Under the pieces are notes generated by a model that had not been told where the DNA came from, did not search any database, and saw only the letters and a list, made by a program, of their open reading frames with translations. Below, piece after piece: positions 7,966-16,590 of a stretch of 64,000 nucleotides of DNA (position 1 is the first letter of the stretch; every line of letters starts with the position of its first letter). Location: NCBI GenBank assembly GCA_026388095.1, contig JAPLKL010000041.1, positions 36,016 to 100,015 of the forward strand. The letters are read 5' to 3'. This DNA is from Elusimicrobiota bacterium. GTDB lineage: Bacteria; Elusimicrobiota; Elusimicrobia; UBA1565; UBA9628. The position numbers and the translations under genes are program-made.

Positions 7966-9906
7966 TTAGGACATGTGTTGGGGGCCCGCCGCGCCTGCGG
8001 GAGCCCCGCTGGGCGGCGGCGTGCCCGGCTGCGCCACCGGGAGGGTGAGCTTGAAGACCGTGCCCTGGCCGACCACGGACTCGACCTCCACGCCCCCGTT
8101 GTGGCGGTCCAGGACCTTGCGCACGACGGCCAAGCCCAGGCCGGTGCCGCGCGCCTTGGTGGTGAAGAAGGGGGCGAAGATCTTGTCCAGCACGTCCGCC
8201 GGTATGCCGGGGCCCGTGTCGCCGATGAGGATCGCGACCGATTTGCCGTCTGCCGCCATGCGCGTGTGCAGGCTGACCGTGCCCTTCTGGGGCATGACCT
8301 CGATGCCGTTGTTCATCAAGTTGCGGATGGCCTGCTGCACCTCGGTGGTGTCGATGTCCACCAGGGGGTTGGCGGGGTCGAACTGCTTGTCCAAAGCGAT
8401 GTGCGGCGGGAAGGGGTAGACGGAGAGGAGCTCCTCGAGCCAGGCGTTGAGGAGGACCCGCTCGGGCTTGAGCTCGCGCGTGCGGGAGTAGGTCAGGATC
8501 TCGTTGATGATGCCGTTGGCCTGCTTGATCTCCGACTCGATGATCCGGATGTGTTTGTCGATCTTGGGGTCGGTCCCCGCCGGCGCGGTCCCGAGCTTGG
8601 TCTTGATGAAGTAGATGGAGTTGTTGATGACCGCCAGCGGGTTGCGGATCTCATGGCCGACGACGGAAGCCATCTGCCCTATCGCGGCCAGCCGCTCCTT
8701 CTTGATGAGCTCATCCTGGGCCGCCTTGAGCTCCCGGGTTCGCGCCTCGACGCGCTTCTCCAGGAACTTGGTGAACTTCTCCAGCTCCTGCTTGGCGTGG
8801 ATGAGTTCCCCCGTCTTCTCCTTCAAGGACTCGCTCATGGCCAGGAAGGTCTGGGCGAGGTCTCCGATCTCGTCGTTGGTGGTCGTCATCTCGGGCAGGT
8901 CCTCGAACTGCCCCCGGCCCAGCCGAGCCGCGGCCTCGCGCAGGAGGCGGATGGGCTGGGTGATGTGGCCGGCCACGGCCAAGGAGAGCAAGATCGTGAA
9001 GAGCACCACCCAGACCAAGACCCGGAAGATCTGGTTCTTCATCTCCGCCGCGGTCTGATAGGCGTATTCCACCGGCTGCTGCACGTAGACGACCCAGTCC
9101 AGGTCGCGCACGTCGGCGTAGGCCCCCAGCAGGCGCCGGCCGTCGCCCAGGGCCATCTCGCCGCCGCCCTTGGGGGCGGTCTGGGTGGTGATGATCTTGA
9201 GGACCTCGTCGCTCATGCGCGCGTCGGGCTTGAAGACCTCCTTGGGGCTCGAATGCGCGATGAGGAAGCCGTCGCGCTTGTCCACCACGGCCGCGGCGGA
9301 TTTCCCCGTGGCCGGGAACTCCATGCCCAGCATCGAGGAAAGGCCGTTGAGGCTGACCCGCGCCATCAGCACCCCCACGGCCTTGGCCGGCTGCGCCTTC
9401 TGATCGATGACGGCCACGGCGATGGTCGCCGTGGGATAGAGCCCCTGGAAGCGCTCGAGCTTGCCGATGTACTGCCCCCGGCGCATGGCCTCCACGAAGA
9501 ACTCCTCGCCCTCGAAGCTGCGCATCTCCGGCGCGGAGCCCAGGAACCGGCCCGTGCGCATCTGCTCCACGCCCAGGGTGCTGCTGACGGAGAGCTCCAG
9601 GACGGCGAGGTGCACCTGCATGATCCGGTTGAGGTACTGCTGCTGCTTGACGGGGTTCATGGAAGCGAACTCGTCGATGCCGGCGGTCTCGGCCAGGACG
9701 TTGCGGAAGGTGGTCACGTATTTGTAGACCGTGTCGGCGAAGCCCACGGCCAGCGACTCCTGCATGGCCAAGGTCTCCTTGCGCAGGGAGGCCTGGGAGA
9801 TGCCGACGAGGTGATAGCCCACCACCCCCATGGGCGCCAGGGAGATGAGCAGGAACCAGAAGAGGATCTTGTAGGCGAGCTTGCCGCGGCGCGCAGGAGG
9901 CGGCAT
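7966..9906 (-). CDS. Membrane sensor histidine kinase (Cache-like, HAMP, HisKA, HATPase)
   Basis: Two TMs flanking a periplasmic domain, HAMP NDEIGDLA, GHEIRNPL, PFFTTKARGTGLGL. Confidence 0.93.
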   Translation of the reverse strand: MPPPARRGKLAYKILFWFLLISLAPMGVVGYHLVGISQASLRKETLAMQESLAVGFADTVYKYVTTFRNVLAETAGIDEFASMNPVKQQQYLNRIMQVHLAVLELSVSSTLGVEQMRTGRFLGSAPEMRSFEGEEFFVEAMRRGQYIGKLERFQGLYPTATIAVAVIDQKAQPAKAVGVLMARVSLNGLSSMLGMEFPATGKSAAAVVDKRDGFLIAHSSPKEVFKPDARMSDEVLKIITTQTAPKGGGEMALGDGRRLLGAYADVRDLDWVVYVQQPVEYAYQTAAEMKNQIFRVLVWVVLFTILLSLAVAGHITQPIRLLREAAARLGRGQFEDLPEMTTTNDEIGDLAQTFLAMSESLKEKTGELIHAKQELEKFTKFLEKRVEARTRELKAAQDELIKKERLAAIGQMASVVGHEIRNPLAVINNSIYFIKTKLGTAPAGTDPKIDKHIRIIESEIKQANGIINEILTYSRTRELKPERVLLNAWLEELLSVYPFPPHIALDKQFDPANPLVDIDTTEVQQAIRNLMNNGIEVMPQKGTVSLHTRMAADGKSVAILIGDTGPGIPADVLDKIFAPFFTTKARGTGLGLAVVRKVLDRHNGGVEVESVVGQGTVFKLTLPVAQPGTPPPSGAPAGAAGPQHMS

Positions 9907-9993
9907 GTCAGATGTCCTCTCGGTTCGTCACGCTAAGGTCCCTCGGGATGTCCGGTCCCGGGCGGGTCCTGCCGCCGGCCACCCGCCCGCAGG

Positions 9994-10371
9994 TCAACCG
10001 CCAGGCGTCCGGCGCGACAGGAGCTGCTTGATGCGGATGGACAGCTCGGCCAAGTCGAAGGGCTTGGTGATGTACTCGTCGGCGCCCAGTTCGAAGCCCT
10101 GCTTCTTCTCCTCAGAGGAAAGGAAGCGTCCGGTCATCATGATGAGGATGGTCTGGCGCGAGCGCTTGCGCAGGGTCTGGCAGATCTGGAAGCCGCTGGA
10201 GTCCGGCAGCTGGATATCCATGATGACGACGTCAGGATCGACCTTCTTGGCCGCCTCGATGCCGGAGTGGGCCGCGCCCGCCTGGGTGCATTCGAATCCC
10301 TCCAGCTCCAGGACCTCGGCGAGGCTCTCGCGCAGGTGCGCGTCGTCGTCGATGATGAGCAGCTTGGCCAT
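9994..10371 (-). CDS. Single-domain response regulator
   Basis: LLIIDDD, VVIMDIQLP, GADEYITKPF; no output domain. Confidence 0.92.
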   Translation of the reverse strand: MAKLLIIDDDAHLRESLAEVLELEGFECTQAGAAHSGIEAAKKVDPDVVIMDIQLPDSSGFQICQTLRKRSRQTILIMMTGRFLSSEEKKQGFELGADEYITKPFDLAELSIRIKQLLSRRTPGG

Positions 10372-10372
10372 G

Positions 10373-11173
10373 TTACCTCCGCAGTTCCGTGCCCGGCGGG
10401 ACCAGCTTGTAGCCGACGCAGGGGATGGTGGTGATGAAGCGCGCGGCCGATCCCAGCTTCTCGCGCAGCCGGCGGACGTGAACGTCCACCGTGCGCGGCG
10501 AACCGAAGTAGTTGTAGCCCCAGACGCGCTCGATCAGGTAAGGGCGCGAGAGCACCCGGTTCGACGAGCTCAAGAAGACGTAGAGCAGGTCGAGCTCCTT
10601 CGATGTCAGCGCCACGCGCTTGCCCGAGACGTGCAGGGTGTAGCTCGTCAGGTTGAGCTCGATGGGGCCCATCTTGATGATCTCTTCCGAGGCGTTGACC
10701 TGGGTGCGCCGCAGCACGGCCTTGATGCGAGCCACGCACTCCGCCGCGTCCCAGTTCTGGGACAGGCACTCGTCGGCCCCGGCCTGGAAGAACTCCAGGC
10801 GCAGGGAGGCGCCGCGGGTGCCCGGGGCCGCGATGGCCGGGGAAGGCTGGGACTTGGTGAAATAGCTGGCGTAGGCGGGCCGGACCACCGCAGCCGGCGT
10901 GGATGCGGGGGCGTCGGCGTGCTCCACCAGCGCGATGATGGGGAGCTGCTTCGTCGGCCCGCGGGAGCGCAGGGTCTTGACCATGGACACGCCGTCCTCG
11001 TCGACCAAGCGCTCCCCGATGAGGAGGAGCTCGCAGCTGCGGTTGGCCAGCAGGCCCAGGAGCTCCTTGGACTTCTGGGCCACGGTCACGGAGAGGCCGT
11101 TGGCCGCCATAGCCTCCAGGATGACCGCGGCCCGGTTGGGCTCGCGCGACGCGTAGACGACGTTCACCCGCAT
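10373..11173 (-). CDS. OmpR/PhoB-family regulator with degenerate (pseudo-) receiver
   Basis: C-terminal wHTH LTSKELDLL...RTVDVHVRRLREKL...GYKL; receiver lacks the acidic pocket, phospho-Asp and Lys. Confidence 0.88.
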   Translation of the reverse strand: MRVNVVYASREPNRAAVILEAMAANGLSVTVAQKSKELLGLLANRSCELLLIGERLVDEDGVSMVKTLRSRGPTKQLPIIALVEHADAPASTPAAVVRPAYASYFTKSQPSPAIAAPGTRGASLRLEFFQAGADECLSQNWDAAECVARIKAVLRRTQVNASEEIIKMGPIELNLTSYTLHVSGKRVALTSKELDLLYVFLSSSNRVLSRPYLIERVWGYNYFGSPRTVDVHVRRLREKLGSAARFITTIPCVGYKLVPPGTELRR

Positions 11174-11180
11174 GGTCTTC

Positions 11181-11615
11181 TTATTCCGCGGCGGGCTGGT
11201 CCTCGGCCGCCTCCAGTTCCAGGCGCACGGCGCTCATCCCGAAAGTATCCGAGAAGAGGTTGTAGAGCACGGACAAGACCAGGATGAGCGCGTCCATGAG
11301 GACCATGTAGAAGACCGCGAACATCAGCGTGGCCACCAGCTTGAGAGGCAGGGACATGCCGGCCGCGCTGAGGTTGGGCACGACCACGAAGCTGAGCAGC
11401 CCCCCGGCCAGGCCGAGGGTCCCCAGGACGGCGGAGAGGACCGGCCGGGCCGCGAAGAGGATCGCCAGGGCCGCCACGGCGCCCCCGACCACGGCCAAGA
11501 CGGTCGCCGCCTTGAGGTAGCCGATGAGGGCGAGGATGGCTCCGACCGCGACCCCGGTCGGGATCATCGGGTGGGTGTGCCAATACGGGTCGACGCGCTT
11601 CACTTGCTGGGTCAT
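11181..11615 (-). CDS. Small multi-TM membrane protein, DUF3566-like
   Basis: AGGAGA RBS; VKRVDP at N-terminus and LYNLFSD near C-terminus; hydrophobic helices. Confidence 0.6.
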   Translation of the reverse strand: MTQQVKRVDPYWHTHPMIPTGVAVGAILALIGYLKAATVLAVVGGAVAALAILFAARPVLSAVLGTLGLAGGLLSFVVVPNLSAAGMSLPLKLVATLMFAVFYMVLMDALILVLSVLYNLFSDTFGMSAVRLELEAAEDQPAAE

Positions 11616-11709
11616 TTCGCTCTCCTGATAGTATCCTGCGTTAGGAAAGATTAACAATACTAATAAGAGAATACAAGCGGATTGCCGTTGGGGTGGCGAG
11701 CCAGCGCCT

Positions 11710-12822
11710 TCAACCGAAAGCCCGCATGCCGCCCGCCGGGCCGCCCTTGGGCTCGAAGAGGATGAGGGTCCGGCGCAGCTCGCCTTCCTCCTCCAGGTGC
11801 ACGGCCCGGACATGGCAGGATTCGCCGTGGAACATGGTGTCCGCCTCGACCAGCTGGTTGGGCCGGTCCAAGGCCACTCCCACCAGGCGCAGCACGTCCT
11901 GCTGCTGGCTGTCGATGACGTCGAGGAGGTGCATCTTGCCGTCCGCGCCGCCCGCCGCGGTCATGGGAAAATTCGTGAACAGGACCGAGTTGTCCTCGTC
12001 GACCACGATGGCCTTGTGGCTCTTGGCCACCACGGCGCTGAGGATGGACTGCCACCAGCGGGCCTCGGCCACCCCCCGCTGCTTCTCCTTGACCATGGTG
12101 TTGGCCACCTCGGCCTTCACCTTGGAGAGGAAGATGTTGATGACGTTGGCCAGTTCCCCGATCTCGTCGTGCCGCGGCGGGAATTTGAGCTCCAGGTTCT
12201 TGAACAGCGACAGCAGCGGGTTGAGGACGAAATGGTGGAGGAAGAAGTAGAGCGGGATGCCGAGCAGGAAGAGCACCCCCACCGCCCCGACCGCGTATTT
12301 GCTCATGGCCTTGTTGATGACCTTGACCACGCCCTCCCGGCTGATCTGCAGGTCGAGTATGCCCATGACCTCGCCGCGCAGCGCCAGGGGGATGGCGATG
12401 TCGTAGAGCGGCATCCCGGGCACGGCGCGCACCACCGGAGTCTTGGCCAGCGAGGCCTGCTCGATGGCGTCGGTGGGCAAGGACACCTCCTTGACGAACT
12501 GCTCGAAGGTGTAGGTGATCTTGCTGGGGTCGCGGAACCAGCGCACCTCGCCGAACTTATTGAGGTAGAGCAAAGAGGCCACCCGGTCGTCCTTGGAGAA
12601 GCGCATGACCACGTCGTGCTCGTCCATGGAGAGGGCGCTCTGGCTGCGGGCCAGGCCCGTGATCAAGGTGGGCGCGTAGAGGCGCACCATGTCGATGGCC
12701 TCCTGCTTGAGCTTCTCGTCGAAGGTCCACTTGAAGAGGTTGTAGTAGAAGATGCCGCCCAGGACCATGACGTAGATTCCGATCATGGTGAACCACATGA
12801 ACCACTTCGAGGAGAGTCTCAT
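11710..12822 (-). CDS. Membrane sensor-like protein (TM, periplasmic domain, TM, HAMP-like, PAS-like) with no kinase domain
   Basis: Two TMs, RHDEIGELA HAMP motif, IVVDEDNSVLFTN PAS-like start; ATG 12822 overlaps the upstream stop. Confidence 0.7.
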   Translation of the reverse strand: MRLSSKWFMWFTMIGIYVMVLGGIFYYNLFKWTFDEKLKQEAIDMVRLYAPTLITGLARSQSALSMDEHDVVMRFSKDDRVASLLYLNKFGEVRWFRDPSKITYTFEQFVKEVSLPTDAIEQASLAKTPVVRAVPGMPLYDIAIPLALRGEVMGILDLQISREGVVKVINKAMSKYAVGAVGVLFLLGIPLYFFLHHFVLNPLLSLFKNLELKFPPRHDEIGELANVINIFLSKVKAEVANTMVKEKQRGVAEARWWQSILSAVVAKSHKAIVVDEDNSVLFTNFPMTAAGGADGKMHLLDVIDSQQQDVLRLVGVALDRPNQLVEADTMFHGESCHVRAVHLEEEGELRRTLILFEPKGGPAGGMRAFG

Positions 12823-14171
12823 TGGGGGCTGCCGTAGAGGTTGTTGATGCGTTCCAGGCCAGCCTTGGCGTCGGGGTTGGCCGGGTCGAGCTGCAGGGCG
12901 TGCGTCCACTCGTTGCGCGCTTTCTCGAAGTCGCCCTTGTCGTAATAGATGATGCCGGAGAGGTAATATTGCTGAGACTGGCGCTTGTTCTCCTCGCTGG
13001 TCCCGAGCGCCGCGGCCGTCTGCGTGACATCGGTCTTGGCGGTGCCGGTGCTCGCCGAGATGTTGGTGGCCGCGGCCTTGGCGTCGGCTTCCGCCTTGGC
13101 CTTGGCCTCGGCCTCCACCTTGGCGACTTCCGCGGCCCGCTGCTTCTCCTCATCAGCTTTCAGCTTGGCGATGTCCGCGGCGCGCTTGCGGGCGGCGTCC
13201 TCGCGACGGACCTGCTCTTTGGCCCGGGCGATCAGTTGGTCGGCCGCCCTGGTGTCGTAGCCGTAGCCGACCGCCTTCTTCCATTCCCCCTGAGCCTCGT
13301 CGTATTTGCGCGACTCGTAGAGCTTGCGGCCCGCCACCAGGTGCTGGCTGGCCATCTCGGAGCGGATCTCGGCCTGCAGCTTCTGCGCCTTGGCGTTGCC
13401 CGGTCCCAGGGCCAGCACCTCGTCGAGCATCTTGATGGACTCGTCGATGAGGCCCTGGCTGTAAAGGTTGAGCGCGGTCTGGAGCTTCTCGTTGGCGTCG
13501 GCCTCGCGGGTCTCGGCCTCCACCTTGGCGATCGCCGGGACCAGGCGCGGGTAGCGCGGGTTGAGGACCAGGGCCGCGTACCACTGGTCCAGGCACTCGC
13601 GCAGACGGTGCTGCCGGTAGGCCTTCTGCCCGCGCCGGAAATGGTCGTCCGCCATCTCGCTGCGGGCCTTCTTGAGCCACCAGCGGGCCTTGAGGTTGCT
13701 GGGCGCGAGCTTGACCGCCTCCTCCCAGCGCCCGGTCGCCTCCACCAGGCGCCCCTGGCGGTAGAGCGCCATCCCCTCCTCGAAGCGGTCCTCGATGAGC
13801 TTTTGCTCCGAGGCGTACGGCTTGGGCGAGCCGTTGAGCTCTATGGTGGCGCGCTGCAGGATCGAGGCGTCCTCGTAGGCCGGGTCGATGGCCAGGATCT
13901 TGGAGGTGAGATCCCGCGCCCCGTTGAAGTCGCCCTTCCGATAGAGGTCGAAGGCGTTGTCGTAGACCCCGCCCAGGGTCTTGCGCATCATGCGCGCCTT
14001 CTCCAGCTGGATGGTGTAGATGTACTTCTTCTTGTCCTCCTCCGAGGTGATGGTGCCCAGATTGAGCTTGGCCATGTCCAGAAAGAGCCCGTCGGCGTCC
14101 TTGACCCGGGGGAGGTCCTGCCCCCAGGAAGCCGCCGCGAGCCCGAGCCACAACAGGAGTTGCCCGTGCAT
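12819..14171 (-). CDS. Exported TPR-repeat protein (possible Tad accessory)
   Basis: Signal peptide MHGQLLLWLGLAAASWG, multiple TPRs (ILAIDP, ALQLDP); ATG 14171 abuts the tadC stop. Confidence 0.8.
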   Translation of the reverse strand: MHGQLLLWLGLAAASWGQDLPRVKDADGLFLDMAKLNLGTITSEEDKKKYIYTIQLEKARMMRKTLGGVYDNAFDLYRKGDFNGARDLTSKILAIDPAYEDASILQRATIELNGSPKPYASEQKLIEDRFEEGMALYRQGRLVEATGRWEEAVKLAPSNLKARWWLKKARSEMADDHFRRGQKAYRQHRLRECLDQWYAALVLNPRYPRLVPAIAKVEAETREADANEKLQTALNLYSQGLIDESIKMLDEVLALGPGNAKAQKLQAEIRSEMASQHLVAGRKLYESRKYDEAQGEWKKAVGYGYDTRAADQLIARAKEQVRREDAARKRAADIAKLKADEEKQRAAEVAKVEAEAKAKAEADAKAAATNISASTGTAKTDVTQTAAALGTSEENKRQSQQYYLSGIIYYDKGDFEKARNEWTHALQLDPANPDAKAGLERINNLYGSPQ

Positions 14172-15082
14172 CAGAATCCCAGGCCTCCCGAGATGAGCGA
14201 CTTCATCATCGGCGCCAGCATCAGGATGAACACCGTGGGGAAGATGAAGATGAAGAGCGGGATGAGCATCTTGGTGGAGGCCTGGGCCGCGAGCTTCTCG
14301 GCCTTGTTGAGCCGGCGGAAGCGCATGTCCGTGGCGTAGTTGCGCAGGAGCTCCACCAGGCTGGTGCCCAGTTCGTCGGATTGGATGATGAGCCCCACGA
14401 AAGAGCGGATCTCCTGCACGCCCGTGCGCATGGCCAGGCGCTTGAGGGCGTCGCGGCGGGAGTAGCCCAGCGAGATCTCGTTGATCATCTTGCCCAGCTC
14501 GACTTCGAGCTCGGTCTTGGCCTTGGCGTTCTTGAGGATGCGGTCGATGGCGGTCATGTAGTCCAGGCCGGCCTCGATGGTGAGCGCGGTCAAGTCCACG
14601 AAGGTCGGGAAGTTGCGCATGATCTCGGTCTGCCGGGCCTTGATCTTTCCGTTGAACAGGGAGTCGGGGATGAAGAAGCCGACCAGGCCGAAGATCCCCA
14701 GGATCGGCGAGCCGGTCATGAAGTAGATGAAGCCGGTCAGTCCGGCGGCCAGCATCTCCTTGAGATGCAGCATATCCAGGGGAGAGGGCTTGTTGGGCCT
14801 GCCCATCATCATGTGCATCTCCTCGAGCTTGACGTCGAGGTGGAAGGTCCTGAGCAGGAAGAGGTCGATGCGGTCGAGCAGGCCGCCTTGCGGGTTGAGG
14901 CCCGAGAAGGCCGAGCTCATGCCCAGGTCCTTCTTGGCCAGCAGGGCCAGGTCGGACTTGTCCACATCGGGCGGCGGGGCCAGCAGCCGATGGATGGAGG
15001 TGTAGGCGGCCACCGACCCCAGCACCCCCACCACCAGGAGCAGGAAATGCACGAACTGGCCGCTCAGCAGGGTGTCGCTCAT
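14171..15082 (-). CDS. tadC: TadC (T2SS-F family platform protein)
   Basis: IEAGLDY...QSDELGTSL...AEKLAAQASTKMLIPLFIFIFP. Confidence 0.9.
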   Translation of the reverse strand: MSDTLLSGQFVHFLLLVVGVLGSVAAYTSIHRLLAPPPDVDKSDLALLAKKDLGMSSAFSGLNPQGGLLDRIDLFLLRTFHLDVKLEEMHMMMGRPNKPSPLDMLHLKEMLAAGLTGFIYFMTGSPILGIFGLVGFFIPDSLFNGKIKARQTEIMRNFPTFVDLTALTIEAGLDYMTAIDRILKNAKAKTELEVELGKMINEISLGYSRRDALKRLAMRTGVQEIRSFVGLIIQSDELGTSLVELLRNYATDMRFRRLNKAEKLAAQASTKMLIPLFIFIFPTVFILMLAPMMKSLISGGLGF

Positions 15083-16590
15083 ACCTGGACATCCCCCAGC
15101 TTATTGACGATCTTCATGCCGATGGCGATCCACATCGTGCAGAACATGAGCACGCAGACCCCCAGCGGCGTGAAGTAGAAATCCTTCATCGGGCCCGGCT
15201 GGAAGGCGAACATGATGAAGAACATGACCCAGGGCATGACCCCCACCACGATGGCCTGGATGCGCTGCTGCGCGGTCATGGCCGCGGTCTTCTCGATGAG
15301 CTTGGTCTCCTCGCGGATGTTCTCCACGATGCGGTCGAAGATCTTGGTGAGGTTGCCCCCGACCTGGCGCTGGATGACCACGGCCTTGATCATGTAGGAG
15401 AGCAGCCGACTCTGCACGCGCTCCTCGACGCCCTCCAGCGCCTTCTCCAGGCTGGTGCCCAGTTGGTAGTTCTTGATGCAGAGCCCGAACTCCTCGGAGA
15501 TGGGCGGCTGCAGGTCCCGGTGCACCAATTCGAGGCATTGCACGAGGTCGATGCCGGATTTGAGGCCGTTGGACATCAGGATCATGGCGTCCATGAGCTG
15601 GGCCTCGCACTTCATGCCCCGCCGCCAGCGGATGTTGCGCAGCAGCCAGCCGGGAAGGATGAGCCCCCCGTATACGCCGAACCCGGTGAAGATCAGGAAG
15701 CCGAAAGGATCGAAGGTCAGCAGGCCGATGAGGACGCCCAGGGCCGCCGGCCCCCCCACCAGATAGTTGACCTTGATGGTGATGAACTGGCGTTCGTAGT
15801 CATGCGCCCACTCCTTGGCCTTGACCTTGTAATCCGCGACGTACTTGGCGATGCGCGGCTCGTTGAGCGAGCCCACGAACCAGAAGGCCGCGAAGAACAG
15901 GGCGATGCCGCCCAGCTTGAAGAGCGTGGCCAGCGCCAGCGCGGTCTTGCGGTCCCCCGGGGGCTCCGGAGGCGCGTAGCCCCGCGGCATGCGGTTGAGC
16001 ACGCGGAAGGCGTTGTCGGTCAGGCCCCCGACGGCCAGGACCGCTTCCCGGTAGCGGTCGGCGTCCGACGAAGTCAACGCGTCTATGACGCTGTCCATCT
16101 CCTTGAGGATGAGGTCGAAATCGGCCATCACCGCCCGGCCGCGGCCGCCCAGAGAGCTGCCCAGATGCGCGCGGTAGAGGCGGTCCAAGGACATCTGGAA
16201 CCGGATGCGGTTGTCGGCGTAGTCGCGGATGAGGGCCCCGGGCTGGAGCAGCTGGCCGCCGTCGGAGGGCAGGAAGGTCTTGCGGGTGAGCTCGAAGAAC
16301 TCGTAGAGCACCGAGACCGGGGCCTGCCAGAGCTGGGCCTCGTTGATGACCCCCTCCTCCGGGTCCTGCCAGACCGGCCTCTTGAGCATGGCATCGAGGG
16401 TCGAGTCGATCCAGGAGGGCACCGGCAGGCCGGGGTCGCGGTCCTTCTTGAAATAGTGATAGATGATCTGGCTCTTGGCCTCGGCCCCGTCGGTCTTGTC
16501 CACCAGGAACTTGACCTCCGCGGGCGAGAAGATCTGCGCGCCCGCGGGCGCGGCCATGAGCCACAGGATGATCCCGAGCCAGGCTCTCAT
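15079..16590 (-). CDS. tadB: TadB (T2SS-F family) with extra N-terminal exported domain
   Basis: C-terminal half QLMDAMILMSNGLKSG...PPISEEF...QRQVGGNL; N-terminal signal peptide plus ~200-aa extension. Confidence 0.85.
   Translation of the reverse strand: MRAWLGIILWLMAAPAGAQIFSPAEVKFLVDKTDGAEAKSQIIYHYFKKDRDPGLPVPSWIDSTLDAMLKRPVWQDPEEGVINEAQLWQAPVSVLYEFFELTRKTFLPSDGGQLLQPGALIRDYADNRIRFQMSLDRLYRAHLGSSLGGRGRAVMADFDLILKEMDSVIDALTSSDADRYREAVLAVGGLTDNAFRVLNRMPRGYAPPEPPGDRKTALALATLFKLGGIALFFAAFWFVGSLNEPRIAKYVADYKVKAKEWAHDYERQFITIKVNYLVGGPAALGVLIGLLTFDPFGFLIFTGFGVYGGLILPGWLLRNIRWRRGMKCEAQLMDAMILMSNGLKSGIDLVQCLELVHRDLQPPISEEFGLCIKNYQLGTSLEKALEGVEERVQSRLLSYMIKAVVIQRQVGGNLTKIFDRIVENIREETKLIEKTAAMTAQQRIQAIVVGVMPWVMFFIMFAFQPGPMKDFYFTPLGVCVLMFCTMWIAIGMKIVNKLGDVQV

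Noticed and set aside
6802-9936. 1044-aa plus-strand ORF
   Set aside because: Antisense to two clear histidine kinase genes
12819-15092. Long N-terminal extensions in the ORF track (also 3695-5236, 4998-6557, 38827-40335, 42031-44232, 57604-59721) as fusions or frameshifts
   Set aside because: Extensions are off-frame overlaps with upstream genes; internal starts with signal peptides, coupling or -10 boxes explain them
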